Below, one piece after another: positions 61,793-64,000 of a DNA stretch of 64,000 bases (positions are counted from its first letter, which is position 1; the number at the start of each line of letters is the position of its first letter). This stretch comes from Eukaryota sp. GEM-RC1 (taxonomy: Eukaryota), in assembly GCA_040285855.1 (NCBI GenBank), contig JAUFOQ010000016.1:1364001-1428000 (forward strand), given 5' to 3'. Below the pieces are notes generated by a model. The model did not search any database. It was not told where the DNA came from and was given only the letters and a program-made list of their open reading frames with translations. The translations under genes were made by a program, and so were the position numbers.

Positions 61793-62820
61793 AACTATGA
61801 TCGATCCTTCTGTCCATCACCGAACAACTTACCTAAAATTGAATTAAAATATCTGTGCATTGAACGAAACAACGCAAACGTTAACCTACTCAACCAAAAA
61901 CTTTCATTGAAAACTTTGCCATACTCAGAACACAATTTACCGAAAGAAGCTAAAAAACCTTGTGCAGCTCCTCCAACATTACCGTATATTGACATCGCAA
62001 ATGGTTAGAACACAAATGAATTGTATCTATCAACATTCAATTGGGTAATTAAACGACAGTATTTGTTGTATTTTTTGCCTTTTCAGCTACTCCAAGAAAA
62101 CTCATCTTCAAATATTTTGGAAATTGATCTTGAATTACAAGGATCAAACGTTGTGAAATCAATGATCATTTCCTGACAAGATAACCAAGGACCAATCAAA
62201 TCACCACGAATTCTATCAAATTTTGGCAAATCAGAAAGATCAGCAAATAAAGGTTTAATTTGTTCATGAAAACCATTAGCTTGAAACGTATCCAAACAGT
62301 TATCTCACATACTGTTGTGAATAATAGATCTAAAATGAATAAATTGACGACAGTTAACTAAATGATGAATATTCGAAGCCTTTGATCGACCACAAAGACA
62401 TGGAGAATGCTTCAAACGACATGAAGGCCGTAATCAAAACATAAGTCTCTTGTTTACAAGCACCTTACAACTTTAGATTAAAAAGGCGCATTCTATTTTT
62501 TATACATGTATTTGTTTTCTGAATATACTTTTTTATTATCGTGTTTTTATTGACAACAACACTAAAGTGTACATACATCTAATAATCAATATCCTCAAAG
62601 TCCAGATTGCCTAACTGGAAATTTTCACATGCCTTATCCTCATAATGTTTGCCAAGAGATAAGATATAGTTTTATAGAACAAACCTATAATTCAATATCA
62701 TTAAAGCAACAGTCATTGCCATTGAAACTCACAGAAGCTTTTTCGTCATAGACAACACTAAGAGCTAAAAGAGCTTTCGAGATTATAACATTAATTGTTT
62801 TAAAGATTGTAAAAACAAAA
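61793..62820 (-). mobile_element. Non-LTR retrotransposon relics (zinc finger plus RLE endonuclease)
   Basis: CLCG..HHLVNC..FRSIIHN, RIRGDL..IIDFT, PFAMSIYGNVG, FWLSRLTFALF. 62550-62660 is near-identical to 30380-30492. Confidence 0.7.
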
Positions 62821-63193
62821 AAAAGTACAATCAATATTAACAGAGGAGATACCAGTACCTCTATCCCCTCTCACACTCATGTCTCAATTCAAAAAGTCCT
62901 GTTCGAGTACGTGATGAAGACTGTTGCGAGTTTCAAATGTGTTGGCGTGAAAAATGTTGGAGTTTTCACCGTTGTGGATTGGAGAGAACAATATATATAA
63001 ATAATTGTTTATCCCTTTTTTTATAAAATTAATTATGGAAGAACTCAACTTGAAAAATACATAAACTACCATTATTGATTTTAAATGATTAAGTACAAGC
63101 ATTTATCACCATGGACTGAGTTTTGGCAGCAAACGAGAACCAGAAAAATACGGTTATACACGTAACTTATAATTACAACTTAAAATTACAAAA

Positions 63194-63928
63194 TCAGACT
63201 CCTTTACAGAAAATATCTATTGGTTCTACAATGGATATAAACTCCGCTCCTTTAAAAGTTGGGAGTTGAAGTCCAAATTCCTCGGCGAGAGCCGGTGGAA
63301 CGAAACGCCCACCAATGTAGTGATGGCATTCATTTTTGAGCTGGAAAACAAAAGGTTTCGGAAGAGTAAGTGACACAAGTAAAACTGGTGTAATACATCC
63401 ATAGGTTCCAGGTCCTGTATTAACCTCCCAGCCAGAAGGAACATCAATTGAAATGACATTGGTTAAACTGCCCAATTGCTTAATGATAGAATCAAACGGG
63501 GCACGTATGCCATGTGTTGCATCAAAAGAAAAGCCAAAGATGGCATCAACAACGAAATCAAATGCATTGATATCAATATCTTCCAGAGATGAAAAGCGAT
63601 CAACTTTGAAAGCATCTAGTTGTGAGACAAGACGATCATGTAACGGTGTAGATTTTGGTTTTGGCTCAACAAGAGTAACAGGACAGTTATAGGATTTGAG
63701 ATAGCGAGCAAGAACTAAACCATCGGCTCCATTATTCCCTGGACCTACTATAACAAGGAAAGACTTAATTGAAGATTCGAGATCTGCAAATCGGAAGATT
63801 GATTGGGCACAGGACAACCCCGCCAGCTCTACTAGTTGATCAAGACTATAGATTTCAAAGAGTTTTTGATCAAGCTGGTATGCAGTCTGAGCTGATACGA
63901 CAGAAATTCTTTGTTTTGAGGGTGTCAT
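63194..63928 (-). CDS. NAXE: NAD(P)H-hydrate epimerase (YjeF N-terminal domain)
   Basis: QLVELAGLSCA, VGPGNNGADGLVLAR, VVDAIFGFSF, SIDVPSGW, LVSLTLPK, HYIGGRFVP. Confidence 0.96.
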   Translation of the reverse strand: MTPSKQRISVVSAQTAYQLDQKLFEIYSLDQLVELAGLSCAQSIFRFADLESSIKSFLVIVGPGNNGADGLVLARYLKSYNCPVTLVEPKPKSTPLHDRLVSQLDAFKVDRFSSLEDIDINAFDFVVDAIFGFSFDATHGIRAPFDSIIKQLGSLTNVISIDVPSGWEVNTGPGTYGCITPVLLVSLTLPKPFVFQLKNECHHYIGGRFVPPALAEEFGLQLPTFKGAEFISIVEPIDIFCKGV

Positions 63929-64000
63929 AATGAAGGGTAGTCGATTTTAATCACAAACTTTGCACTGAAAAGTATTCCAATCACTTTTGATTTCAATGGC

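Overview
Eukaryotic, apparently intron-less, gene-dense DNA using the standard code. It is most consistent with an intron-poor flagellated protist (inference; MKS1 implies a cilium). The window has two halves. (1) About 1-26,900 is a block of accessory genes with no housekeeping genes, closed on the right by 25 copies of a 15-bp repeat; it looks like the right arm of a giant mobile element running off the left edge. Its centrepiece is a ~1,800-codon minus-strand gene (7163->1735) reading: tandem-repeat leader, 2A ribosome-skipping peptide, SENP8/Ulp1-type protease, degenerate PolB-type exonuclease fold, Fanzor1 RNA-guided nuclease with intact D-E-D triad, zinc knuckle. A structured non-coding stretch follows (candidate omega-RNA). 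The block also encodes a second Ulp1 protease, a ~1,800-aa DEAH helicase, a second 2A polyprotein, a USP deubiquitinase, a PIF1 helicase and a multi-zinc-finger ORF missed by the ORF track. (2) About 27,600-64,000 is host DNA: pyruvate kinase, MKS1, FHIP/FAM160-like, an LRR protein, BLTP1/Csf1, RPC25, SNF7 and NAXE, interspersed with nested hAT/pogo/MULE/MITE and non-LTR relics and an IleRS fragment. Many genes are split by 1-nt frameshifts, mostly at short homopolymers. These are most likely long-read consensus errors, so joined gene models are reconstructions. All homology calls are from motif recognition by eye, not database searches.
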